DNA from: an uncultured Acidobacteriota bacterium
GTDB lineage: Bacteria; Acidobacteriota; Terriglobia; JAJPHL01
Direction of reading: 5' to 3'
NCBI GenBank assembly: GCA_964601345.1
Contig: CAZRND010000002.1
Coordinates: forward strand, 1-43,155
Length of the DNA stretch: 43,155 nt
The notes beneath the pieces were generated by a model, which saw nothing but the letters and a program-made list of their open reading frames with translations, did not search any database and had not been told where the DNA came from. The position numbers and the translations under genes are program-made. This document shows, piece after piece, positions 28,084-36,925 of the stretch (the stretch's first letter is position 1; each line of letters starts with the position of its first letter).

Positions 28084-29753
28084 TCCGAACCACAGCCTTG
28101 CTCCTCACAGGGACGCTCATGTTTGCCATCAACGCCGAAACGCAAGAGCGGGCCCATGCCCGTTCCATGGTGATCTCGCAGTATGGTGTCGCTGCCACCG
28201 AACATCCTCTGGCGTCCCAAGCAGCCGTTGGGATTCTCGCCAAGGGCGGAAACGCCATCGATGCCGCCATCGCTGCCAATGCGGTCGAGGGTCTGGTCGC
28301 GCCGATGAGCAACGGCATCGGCGGGGACCTTTTCGCCATCGTCTACGAAGCAAAGACGGGCAAGCTGCACGGGATCAATGCCAGCGGATGGGCGCCCGCC
28401 GCTCTGACGCCGGCCAAAGTCGGCGGCCGTGAAATGCCTCTGCGCGGCATCCATACCGTCACGGTTCCAGGAGCCGTCGACGGCTGGTTCGCTCTTCAAA
28501 AGCGCTTCGGCAAGATGCCGGTTGCTGCGTTGCTCGCGCCCGCCATCCGGTACGCGGAAGAGGGATTCCCGGTGACGGAGATGGTTGCCGGACGATGGGA
28601 GGCCAACGAGAAGCTTCTCGGCCAGCAGCCCGCCGCAAAGGCCACCTACATGCCGAAAGGGCGTCCGGTGCGCGAGGGCGAGATCTTCCGCAATCCCGAT
28701 CTGGCGAAGTCCCTCCAGCAGATTGCCCAAGGCGGGCGCGATGTGTTCTACAAGGGCGAGATCGCGAAACGCATCGTCGACTTCTCGCGCGAGGCCGGCG
28801 GCATGATGTCCGCAGCCGACCTGGCGGAGTACTCGAGCGAATGGGTCGAACCAATTTCGACCACCTATCGCGGATGGACCGTCTACGAGCTGCCGCCGAA
28901 TGGACAAGGGATCGCCGCGCTCGAGATGTTGAATATTCTGGAGAATTTCCCGCTCGGGAAATCCGGACACAACACCGCCGCGACGCTGCACGCGATGGTC
29001 GAGGCGAAGAAGCTGGCCTATGCCGATCTGTTGCAGTATGTCGCTGATCCCAAATTCACGAAGATCCCGCTGAGCGGCATGCTCTCGAAGGATTACGCGC
29101 GCGGGCGCAGCAGACGAATCGATGCAGCGCGGGCCAGTTGCCAAATCGCGAGCGGCGCGCCGCCCAAGCCGGGCAACGACACCATCTACTTGAGCGTCGT
29201 GGATCGCGAAGGAAACATGGTCTCGTTGATCCAGAGCAATTACGAGAATTTCGGGTCGGGGCTCGTGGTTCCGGGCGCGGGGTTTGCGCTTCACAATCGC
29301 GGCGCGCTCTTCAGCCTCGATCCTGCTTCCCCGAACGTCCTCGCGGGACGCAAGCGTCCTTTGCACACCATCATCCCGGCCTTCATGGCCAAGGGTGACG
29401 TACGGATCGCCTTCGGCATCATGGGCGGCTGGAACCAGGCGCAGGCTCACGTGCAGTTTATTTCGAACGTGGTCGAACACGGCATGAACATCCAGGCGGC
29501 CATGGAAGCGGCGCGTTTTACGAAAAAGACATTCGACGGCTGCGACGTGCAAATGGAATCGCGAATCCCCGACTCGGTACGCGCGGAGCTCACCGCCAAG
29601 GGACACGTGATCGAAACGCGCGGGGCCTACTTCGAAGACATGGGCGGCGGGCAAGCCGTGCTTCGCGACTTCGCCGCGAAGGTCAACTACGGCGCGTCCG
29701 ATCCGCGCAAGGATGGCGCGGCCATTCCCGAACCGCCGCCACACAAAGATTGA
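28080..29753 (+). CDS. ggt: Gamma-glutamyltransferase
   Basis: GGNAIDAAIA, GIGGDLF, TVPG, PPNGQG, autoproteolytic Thr in NDTIYLSVVD, KRPLHTIIP, GASDPRKDG. Confidence 0.93.
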   Translation: MIRTTALLLTGTLMFAINAETQERAHARSMVISQYGVAATEHPLASQAAVGILAKGGNAIDAAIAANAVEGLVAPMSNGIGGDLFAIVYEAKTGKLHGINASGWAPAALTPAKVGGREMPLRGIHTVTVPGAVDGWFALQKRFGKMPVAALLAPAIRYAEEGFPVTEMVAGRWEANEKLLGQQPAAKATYMPKGRPVREGEIFRNPDLAKSLQQIAQGGRDVFYKGEIAKRIVDFSREAGGMMSAADLAEYSSEWVEPISTTYRGWTVYELPPNGQGIAALEMLNILENFPLGKSGHNTAATLHAMVEAKKLAYADLLQYVADPKFTKIPLSGMLSKDYARGRSRRIDAARASCQIASGAPPKPGNDTIYLSVVDREGNMVSLIQSNYENFGSGLVVPGAGFALHNRGALFSLDPASPNVLAGRKRPLHTIIPAFMAKGDVRIAFGIMGGWNQAQAHVQFISNVVEHGMNIQAAMEAARFTKKTFDGCDVQMESRIPDSVRAELTAKGHVIETRGAYFEDMGGGQAVLRDFAAKVNYGASDPRKDGAAIPEPPPHKD

Positions 29754-29768
29754 ATCATTAAGACTAGA

Positions 29769-30296
29769 TCATTCGAGCGGCAGCTCTTCGAGCCAGTCAA
29801 TGTCGCCCTTCGCTACTTTCTTTAGCGCGGGAATGATCGTGCCCGGCGAAAAGCCTGCCACGACCAGATGCCGGTAGAGTGACGCGATCTTCCGGCGATC
29901 CGTCTGCACAGGCCTGCCGCGGAAGCGCCGGGCGAGGTATTCCTTGAGGAGTTTGGACTCGTCGACTTCCCCATACGCTGCTTCGATCGCCCGCCCGGCC
30001 AGCTCCGCTGCTTCTTCTCCCGGACCGAGCCGGAAGCGCAGGTCACGCGATACACGCCGCTTGCCGAGCTTCTGATTGTCCAATCTCCAGTGGGCGAAGG
30101 AGTGCGCGAATTTCTCGTCGTTCAAGTACCCAAGATCAGTGAGCCGGGTCAGGATTTTGTCCACGTCGGAGCCGCTGGCCGCGCGCCGCTGCAGCTTGCG
30201 CTGCATCTCCGACGCGGAGCAGGCCCGCCGCGCCAGTGAATTTAGCGCGTAGGTGAACAGCGCGGGCGCCTCGAGACGAGTGGGCTTTTTGGCCAT
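29769..30296 (-). CDS. recX: Regulatory protein RecX
   Basis: ALNSLARRACSASEM, LGYLNDEKFA, GKRRV and C-terminal YRHL..AGF pattern. Confidence 0.82.
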   Translation of the reverse strand: MAKKPTRLEAPALFTYALNSLARRACSASEMQRKLQRRAASGSDVDKILTRLTDLGYLNDEKFAHSFAHWRLDNQKLGKRRVSRDLRFRLGPGEEAAELAGRAIEAAYGEVDESKLLKEYLARRFRGRPVQTDRRKIASLYRHLVVAGFSPGTIIPALKKVAKGDIDWLEELPLE

Positions 30297-30298
30297 GC

Positions 30299-30316
30299 TA
30301 GAATTCCTCTATTCTA
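30299..30316. promoter_or_regulatory. Inverted pair of -10 elements (TAGAAT-N6-ATTCTA) between divergent recX and the sirtuin gene
   Basis: TGcTAGAAT on + (30296-30304) and TAGAAT on - (30316-30311). Confidence 0.5.
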
Positions 30317-31060
30317 AAGCAAGCCAAACAATGGATCGCGCAAAGCCGCCGTGTGGTGGGTTTCACGGGAGCGGGCATCTCGACCGAATCGGGCATCCCC
30401 GACTTTCGCAGTCCCAACGGAGTGTGGGCCAACAACCGCACCGTCTACTTTCAGGAATTCGTCAGCAACCACGACGATCGCGTCGAGTATTGGCGACAGA
30501 AGGCCGAGATGTGGCCGGCGATGCGCGATGCGGCTCCCAACGCCGGGCATCGCGCCTTCGTGCATCTGGCGCGCGAGCGAAAGTTGCGATGCCTCATCAC
30601 GCAGAACATCGATGGACTGCATCAGCGCGCCGGGCTCGATCCGGAACTCGTCGTGGAACTCCACGGGACTTCGGTCGAGGCGTCGTGTCTGCAATGCGGC
30701 CATCGCATCCCTATGGATGAAGCCGTGGCCCGCGTGCAGGCGGGCGAGCTGGCGCCGGAATGCGCGCAGTGTCACGGCTACCTGAAACCGGCGACGATTT
30801 CCTTCGGCCAAGCGATGCCTCAGGAGGCAATGATTCGCGCCGCCGCGGCAGCGTCCGACTGCGACGTATTTCTATCGGTAGGATCGTCGCTCGTGGTACA
30901 TCCGGCTGCCGGCTTCCCTGCCCTCGCCAAGCAGCGCGGCGCGCGGCTGATCATCATCAACCGCACACCGACTCCGCTCGATTCAGTAGCCGACCTGGTG
31001 CTGAATCAGGAAATCGGCGAAGTATTGCCGGAGCTTGCCGGCATGTCCGCGGGAGCCTGA
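30311..31060 (+). CDS. cobB: NAD-dependent protein deacylase (sirtuin, CobB/Sir2 family); start uncertain (ATT 30311 or GTG 30353)
   Basis: GAGISTESGIPDFR, TQNIDGLH, ELHG, CxxC..CxxC, GSSLVVHPAA. The frame stays open upstream of the GTG as ILKQAKQWIAQSRRVV. Confidence 0.88.
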   Translation: MLKQAKQWIAQSRRVVGFTGAGISTESGIPDFRSPNGVWANNRTVYFQEFVSNHDDRVEYWRQKAEMWPAMRDAAPNAGHRAFVHLARERKLRCLITQNIDGLHQRAGLDPELVVELHGTSVEASCLQCGHRIPMDEAVARVQAGELAPECAQCHGYLKPATISFGQAMPQEAMIRAAAAASDCDVFLSVGSSLVVHPAAGFPALAKQRGARLIIINRTPTPLDSVADLVLNQEIGEVLPELAGMSAGA

Positions 31061-32259
31061 TCCTTGGCGACACCCAGTGCCATGATGCCGCCCGCCACAT
31101 AGGCGGCCCCTACGACGAAATAGCCCGCGACGAGCGAAACGTGTTCAGCCAGATAGCCTACGCCCATCGTCAGGATCAATTGCAGCACGATGCCCGCAAA
31201 GGTGAAGACGTTCTGCGTCCGGCCCATCAGGTGCTGGGGCACGACGCGCATCAATCCGCTGTTCGCCGCGACCCCGATGATGCCGCGGCCCGTGCCCATG
31301 ATGAAAAAGAGCACCACGGCTATGGACAGAATTCCGGAATAGGGCTGCGCCGCGCAGGCGACGCCGGTGAGCAACAAGGCGGCCCACAGGACGCTGACTC
31401 CGCCGTTGGCCTGCCGCATCATGGTGCCTGCATACGCGCCGGAGAAGATGGCGCCCAAGCTCCATCCCGCGGCGCAGAAGCCGAAGCCCCGCGCGCCGGT
31501 GTGCAGGATCTTCATGTTCAGCGGCGCGGTGAGAACGTTCTGGCTCATCATGCCGGCGGTGAAGAGGGCAATGACCACGCCCAGGATCAGCACGGTCCGG
31601 TGGTGCACCGTGTACTTGAGCCCGTCGATGAAGTCCCGATAAAAAGCAATCTCCGTGCCCGCATGGGCGCCGTGGCTGACCAAGTGTTTCCCTTTGCGCA
31701 GGCCGAACATCAGCAACGCCGAAAGAGCGTAACTCGACGCATCGAGCGCCAGGACGCCGCTGAGGCCGAGGCGCTGGTAGAGAAAGCCGACCAGGCTGCC
31801 CGCCAGCATCCAGCCGGCTTGCGCGCCGGTCATCACCAGGGCGTTCAGCGGCACGACGTCCTTGGCCTCGACCATTTCCTGCGAGAGGGCCGCCATGTTC
31901 GGCCAGAACATGAACGCCCCGAGGCCCAGGACAACGCCCATCGCGTAGATGTGCCACACCTGGACGCGGCCGGTGAACGCCAGATACACGACGATGGCCA
32001 CCGCCACGCCGCGGATGATGTCCAGCGTCATCGTGGTGTAGCGGCGGTCCAGGCGATCTATCAAAACGCCGCTGAAAGGCAGAAAAAACAGGGACGGCAG
32101 TGTGATAACGGAAATGAGCAGCGCTACGGCATTTTCGGATCCGGTTCGTTCAAGAACGAACCAGATGATGGCGGCGTGATTCAGCCCGCTGCCAATCATC
32201 GAGATGAAATTGGCGAGGAGAATGACGCGGTACGACCTGTTGCGCAGCAGGGACAGCAT
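31006..32259 (-). CDS. MFS transporter (DHA3/MFS_3-like)
   Basis: About 12 TM helices, motif A GVLIDRLDRR, DFIDGLKY linker, VPQHLMGR. Confidence 0.88.
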   Translation of the reverse strand: MLSLLRNRSYRVILLANFISMIGSGLNHAAIIWFVLERTGSENAVALLISVITLPSLFFLPFSGVLIDRLDRRYTTMTLDIIRGVAVAIVVYLAFTGRVQVWHIYAMGVVLGLGAFMFWPNMAALSQEMVEAKDVVPLNALVMTGAQAGWMLAGSLVGFLYQRLGLSGVLALDASSYALSALLMFGLRKGKHLVSHGAHAGTEIAFYRDFIDGLKYTVHHRTVLILGVVIALFTAGMMSQNVLTAPLNMKILHTGARGFGFCAAGWSLGAIFSGAYAGTMMRQANGGVSVLWAALLLTGVACAAQPYSGILSIAVVLFFIMGTGRGIIGVAANSGLMRVVPQHLMGRTQNVFTFAGIVLQLILTMGVGYLAEHVSLVAGYFVVGAAYVAGGIMALGVAKDQAPADMPASSGNTSPIS

Positions 32260-32295
32260 GGGTCATTGTCACCATCAGTCTGAGAAGAAACGAAA

Positions 32296-33429
32296 CTAAC
32301 GTTCCAGTTTGGCGCCGCCGGCAGCCGACTGCATCTGGTCGCGGGCCGCGTCGGCCGTGGAGCTGATACCCGAGACGCGCAGCTTGAAGTCGTCGGGATT
32401 CGAGGCTTGATGCAGCGCTTCTTCGTAGGTGATGAGCTTGGCTTTCCACAGCTCGTAGAGCGACTGGTCGAAGGTCTGCATGCCGTACTGCGAAGTACCG
32501 CTGGCGATGGCCTCGCGGATCATGCGGGTCTTGTCGGCGTTGATGATGCAATCGCGCACAAAACCGGTGGCGATGAGCACTTCCACTGCGGGCACGCGGC
32601 CGACGCCGTCGGTCTTGCGCACCAGGCGCTGTGAGATGACGGCCTTGAGTACGGAAGCGAGCTGCATGCGCACCGGCTTCTGCTCGGGCGGCGGAAAGAC
32701 GGCGATGATGCGCTGAATCGTCTCGGTGGCGTCGAGGGTGTGGAGAGTGGAGAAGACCATGTGGCCCGTCTCGGCCGCAAGCAGCGCGGTCCCGATGGTT
32801 TCGAGGTCGCGCATTTCGCCCACCAGAATCACGTCCGGATCCTGGCGCAGCGCTGCGCGCAAGGCCACCGAGAAGTTGTGCGTATCGACTTCCACTTCCC
32901 GCTGGTTGACGAACCCCTTTTTGTCGCGGTGCAAATACTCGATCGGGTCCTCGATGGTGATGACGTGATCGGTGCGGGTGGAGTTGACCTGGTCGATCAT
33001 GGCCGCAAGCGTGGTGGACTTTCCGCTTCCGGTCGTTCCCGTCACCAGGATCAGCCCGCGGCGTTCGCCGCAGATACTTTGGATCACGGGCGGCATATTC
33101 AACTCTTGCAACGTGCGGATCTTGGTCGGCACCACGCGCAAAACCAGGCCCACGTTGCCGCGCTGCTGGAAGACGTTTACACGGAAGCGTCCCAGTCCCG
33201 CCACGCCGTAAGCCATATCGAGCTCGGCGTTGTCTTTGAATTTTTGCTTCTGCCGGTTGGACATCATGCTGAACGCCATGCTCAACATGTCCTCGGGCGA
33301 GATGCGGGCATACTCGGTCAGCGCAGTCAGTTCACCGTCGATGCGGCAATACGGATAGTTGCCCACCTTGAGGTGAAGATCGCTGGCCTTGCGCTCCACC
33401 GAGACCCGCAGCAAGTCGTCGATATGCAT
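32296..33429 (-). CDS. pilT: Type IV pilus retraction ATPase, PilT/PilU family
   Basis: ASDLHL, GRFRVNVF, GTTGSGKST, TIEDPIE, LRQDPDVILVGEMRD, AETGH..STLH, GMQTFDQ. Start MHIDDLL at 33429. Confidence 0.93.
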   Translation of the reverse strand: MHIDDLLRVSVERKASDLHLKVGNYPYCRIDGELTALTEYARISPEDMLSMAFSMMSNRQKQKFKDNAELDMAYGVAGLGRFRVNVFQQRGNVGLVLRVVPTKIRTLQELNMPPVIQSICGERRGLILVTGTTGSGKSTTLAAMIDQVNSTRTDHVITIEDPIEYLHRDKKGFVNQREVEVDTHNFSVALRAALRQDPDVILVGEMRDLETIGTALLAAETGHMVFSTLHTLDATETIQRIIAVFPPPEQKPVRMQLASVLKAVISQRLVRKTDGVGRVPAVEVLIATGFVRDCIINADKTRMIREAIASGTSQYGMQTFDQSLYELWKAKLITYEEALHQASNPDDFKLRVSGISSTADAARDQMQSAAGGAKLER

Positions 33430-33509
33430 AGTGGCAAGTATTATAGACCAGTTGTCAATTTTTCCCGACACCTGCGGCCCTAGGCCCTTGATTTCGTTGA
33501 AGGCGCAAA

Positions 33510-33525
33510 TGGACCGGGAGTTGCT
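33510..33525 (+). promoter_or_regulatory. Sigma54 (-24/-12) promoter candidate
   Basis: TGGACCGGGAGTTGCT has the correct GG-N10-GC spacing and TTGC; an NtrC-family gene with GAFTGA lies 3.4 kb downstream. Confidence 0.55.
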
Positions 33526-33537
33526 CCTCTCAGGGGC

Positions 33538-34206
33538 ATGTCGAATTCTCAAGAAATGATCCGCGTGCAGGAAAGCTTTCTAGCGCCTTTCGAACGAACC
33601 TGTCTGCTGTGGCTCGCCGCTCGCACTCCCAAACCGATTGGTCCGGACCATCTCACGATATTGGGATTGTCGGCCATGCTGATGGCCGGTGTCTGCTACG
33701 CGTGGGCTCGCACTTGGCCGCCGGCTCTGGTGCTGGTCTGCGCGTGTCTCGCGCTCAACTGGTTCGGCGACAGTCTGGACGGAACGCTGGCCCGCGTGAG
33801 GAATCAGCAGCGGCCTCGTTACGGCTTCTACGTCGATCACATGGTCGACGCGGTCGGCGCGCTCTTTTTGCTAGGCGGGCTGGCTTTTTCCGGCTACATG
33901 AGCGAGCGCGTGGCCCTGGCGATGCTCATCGGATTCTTGCTCCTTTCCATCGACTCGTACCTCGCGACGTATTCCCTCGGTGTCTTTCACATCTCCTTCT
34001 GGAAGTTCAGCCCGACGGAGATGCGCATCCTGCTCTCGATCGGGAATCTCTACGCCCTCGCCAAACCGGAAGTAAAAGTATTCGGCGAGCGCTTCCTGTT
34101 CTTCGACGTGTCCGGATTCATTGCCGTTCTCTCCATGAGCGTGGTTTTGCTGCTCTCGGTAGGGCGCAACACCATGGCGCTCTATCGCGCGGAGCGCGTC
34201 GGATGA
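33538..34206 (+). CDS. CDP-alcohol phosphatidyltransferase family protein
   Basis: PDHLT and GDSLDGTLARVR..RPRYGFYVDHMVD (DxxDGxxAR...GxxxDxxxD) signature. Confidence 0.9.
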   Translation: MSNSQEMIRVQESFLAPFERTCLLWLAARTPKPIGPDHLTILGLSAMLMAGVCYAWARTWPPALVLVCACLALNWFGDSLDGTLARVRNQQRPRYGFYVDHMVDAVGALFLLGGLAFSGYMSERVALAMLIGFLLLSIDSYLATYSLGVFHISFWKFSPTEMRILLSIGNLYALAKPEVKVFGERFLFFDVSGFIAVLSMSVVLLLSVGRNTMALYRAERVG

Positions 34207-34772
34207 GCCGGTGGTGGAGATTCAATCTCGTCGGAGCGGCCGGCGTTGGCGTTCAAATCGCCGTGCTGGCCGCGCTGAGATACTGCGGCCTCCATTACCT
34301 TGAGGCAACCGTGCTGGCGGTGGAGTCCGCGGTGCTGCACAACTTCTTCTGGCATCGCAAATGGACCTGGGCCGATCGCGGCCTGCCCAGCCTCGCGCAA
34401 AGCCTGGCGCGTTTTCATCTCCTCAATGGAACCGTGTCACTCGTCGGCAATTTTCTGATCATGTGGCTGCTCGCCGGCGAGATGGGAATTCCTCCCGTGC
34501 CGGCCAACCTGATCGCCATCGCCCTCTGCGCGGCGGCCAACTTTATGCTCGCGGACCGCTTGGTCTTTGGTGTTATACTCTCCCATCACGGTCTAGGAGA
34601 CCCTTATGAAAAAGCATCTTTCACTGTTGACCTTGGCACTGCTGGCTCTGGGGACGCTCTCCCTCTGCGCGCAGGATTCCCATCCCGATTTTTCGGGCAC
34701 TTGGAACCTGGATGTCGCCAAGAGCGATTTCGGGCCGATGCCTCCCAGCACTTCGGAAAAGCGCGAGATTGA
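34203..34772 (+). CDS. GtrA-family membrane protein (domain ends about 34568; C-terminal extension overlaps the next gene)
   Basis: RFNLVGAAG, HNFFWHRKWTW, ANF..ADRLVF; ATGA overlap with the upstream gene. Confidence 0.8.
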   Translation: MSRWWRFNLVGAAGVGVQIAVLAALRYCGLHYLEATVLAVESAVLHNFFWHRKWTWADRGLPSLAQSLARFHLLNGTVSLVGNFLIMWLLAGEMGIPPVPANLIAIALCAAANFMLADRLVFGVILSHHGLGDPYEKASFTVDLGTAGSGDALPLRAGFPSRFFGHLEPGCRQERFRADASQHFGKARD

Positions 34773-35082
34773 GCACAAAGATCCCAAACTGAAGGTCAAG
34801 TCCACCAGCGTCGGGCAGCAAGGGGAACGCAAGACGGAATCGAACTACACCACCGACGGCAAAGAAAACACCAACACTCAGGGTCCGATGGAAGTGAAGT
34901 CGACTTCCAAGTGGGATGGCAAGAAGCTGGTGACGCTGGCGAAGGCCGACTTCCAAGGCAACCCCATCGAGTTCAAGGACACCTGGGAATTGGCGGAAGA
35001 CGGCAAGATGCACACGCTCACGCGCGAGATTAAGGGTGGATTCGGCGAGTTCACCGTAAAGCTCATCTTCAATAAGGAGTAG
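34606..35082 (+). CDS. Secreted beta-barrel (lipocalin/FABP-like) hypothetical protein
   Basis: Signal peptide, PDFSGTWNLD motif, beta-rich body; own TGtTATACT (34571-34579) and AGGAG RBS (34595-34599). Confidence 0.7.
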   Translation: MKKHLSLLTLALLALGTLSLCAQDSHPDFSGTWNLDVAKSDFGPMPPSTSEKREIEHKDPKLKVKSTSVGQQGERKTESNYTTDGKENTNTQGPMEVKSTSKWDGKKLVTLAKADFQGNPIEFKDTWELAEDGKMHTLTREIKGGFGEFTVKLIFNKE

Positions 35083-35086
35083 TTCC

Positions 35087-36925
35087 GTGGTGTTGGACGG
35101 AGTCCCGGCGTTCGGCCTTGGACTCCTGTCCATCGGTTTCGCCCTCGGGACGCTTCTCCATCTTCTTCTGATGGTGCTCGTGTCGGCGCGTCCCGCGTTG
35201 CGCCGCCTCGATCGCCTCTTCCTCCAACTCTTCTCGGCTCTGTTCTTCTGGCATGCCGGAAATCTCTTTGCCTTGATCCTCGATCCCTTTGAGGGCCAAC
35301 GGCGGCTGGTCCTGATGATCACCGCCCGAACCCTGGCTTTCACCGGCCTCGCGGTCATCTCGCCGCTCATGGTCGACCTCCACGCCGAGTATGCGCAGCC
35401 CGCGTGGCGGCGCTTTGTGTGGATCTTCTACCTTCCCCTTCTCGCCGGACCGTTCGGTGTCTGGGCCGCGGCCGCCAGTCCCGGAATTCCGCGCGGCCCG
35501 TGGACCACCGGTTACATCCTCTATTTCTCGACGGCCCTGCTGATTTGCGGCTGGGTGAACGTGAAGCTGGCACGGGATTCGCCATTGCGAATTCTTCACG
35601 CGTCCCTGGGCGGCGTCTTCTGGCTCCTGGCCGCGGCCTGCGTGTACAGCTTTTTGATCGCGAGTGGCGGCACGGCCGAGGGGATCTTCCAGCCGCTGTT
35701 GTTGCTCTCCTCGATTGTGCCGAGCGCCCTCGCCGGATACTGGATGTTCCGTTTCAATTTCCTCGAAGCGGCCGCGCAGCGAAACGTTGTGCTAGGCAGC
35801 CTGGGCCTCGTCGGCCTGCTGGCGTACGTCCTGGTGATCGAACGCTTGGCGCGCCGTCTCGAACAATTGGGCTATCTGCCCGCGTTGGTCACCGAGGCAG
35901 CGATGGTCTGCTTCCTCGTGCTGATGGTCGAACCGATCTCGCGGCGGTTCCGGCAATGGATGTCCGGCCAGGTCGCCGAGCAACTAGAGCGCGTCGAGGC
36001 GTTACACAAGGTCCTGCAAGATGCCGCGCTTGCGGGATCGCCGGAAGAATTCCCGAGCCTCGCTGGAAAGAGCCTTACCGAGTTCTTCGGATTTCCCGTG
36101 CGAGTGGCCGCCGATGGTGAGCTGTTTCCCGAGCCGGGACGCCCGCTGCGAGTGCGCGAAGCGGGAGCGCTTCGCGGGCTCGCGCTGCACACGCGCGAAG
36201 GCGTGCGGTTATCGAAGCTCTTCGCCGAGCGTGTTCGACTCGAACAGGAACTTGCGGAGCGCAAGAAGATGGCCGCGCTCGGACAGATGGCCGCGTTCAT
36301 CGCTCATCGCTTGAAGAATCCGCTGAGCGCGATGCAAACGCTCGTCCAGGTCATCGCGGAGCAGGCGCCTTCCGTGGCCGGTCACTGCGCCGTGATTCGC
36401 GGCGAGATCGGCCGCCTCAATACTTCCGTCACCGACCTGCTGAAATTCACGGGCCCCGATCAGGATCGCCGGCCGCACGCCTTGATCGAGTCACGATCGG
36501 CGATCGCCGAGGCGGTCGCCCTGTTTGCCGCGGACGCCAAGGAAAAAGGCGTCGCTATTGAGATGAAGGTCGCGCCGGATGAGCAGTTGCCGATCCCTCG
36601 CGACTGGCTGCATGACGTTCTTGTGTCCCTGCTGGGAAATGCGCTGGACGCGGCGCCTTCGGGATCGCGCGTGCTCATTTCCTGCGCGGGCAACGTGCTC
36701 GCCGTCGAGGACGAAGGATCGGGCGTCGCACCCGAGTTTCGCGAGAGGATCTTCGATCCATTCTTTACGCAAAAGCCGGGCGGCACGGGCTTGGGACTCG
36801 CGCTCGTCCGCCGCAGAGCGCAGGAGTCCGGCGCGGAAGTTCGCTGCCACTCCCCGGCCTCGAATGGCCGCGGCGCGAGATTTGAGATAGTCTTTCCCAA
36901 TGGCCACAATCCTAGTGGTGGATGA
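35087..36925 (+). CDS. Membrane sensor histidine kinase
   Basis: Multi-TM N-terminus, H-box AHRLKNPL, N-box LLGNALDA, DEGSG, FDPFFTQK, GTGLGL. Confidence 0.88.
   Translation: MVLDGVPAFGLGLLSIGFALGTLLHLLLMVLVSARPALRRLDRLFLQLFSALFFWHAGNLFALILDPFEGQRRLVLMITARTLAFTGLAVISPLMVDLHAEYAQPAWRRFVWIFYLPLLAGPFGVWAAAASPGIPRGPWTTGYILYFSTALLICGWVNVKLARDSPLRILHASLGGVFWLLAAACVYSFLIASGGTAEGIFQPLLLLSSIVPSALAGYWMFRFNFLEAAAQRNVVLGSLGLVGLLAYVLVIERLARRLEQLGYLPALVTEAAMVCFLVLMVEPISRRFRQWMSGQVAEQLERVEALHKVLQDAALAGSPEEFPSLAGKSLTEFFGFPVRVAADGELFPEPGRPLRVREAGALRGLALHTREGVRLSKLFAERVRLEQELAERKKMAALGQMAAFIAHRLKNPLSAMQTLVQVIAEQAPSVAGHCAVIRGEIGRLNTSVTDLLKFTGPDQDRRPHALIESRSAIAEAVALFAADAKEKGVAIEMKVAPDEQLPIPRDWLHDVLVSLLGNALDAAPSGSRVLISCAGNVLAVEDEGSGVAPEFRERIFDPFFTQKPGGTGLGLALVRRRAQESGAEVRCHSPASNGRGARFEIVFPNGHNPSGG

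Noticed and set aside
30311-31060. Sir2 as a defence NADase (Thoeris/DSR type)
   Set aside because: It is a stand-alone classical sirtuin with a zinc ribbon and deacylase motifs.
33440-33458. Perfect TTGACA plus TATAAT on the minus strand as the pilT promoter
   Set aside because: The spacer is only 7 nt; the TTGACA fits better as half of the TGTC-N10-GACA dyad.
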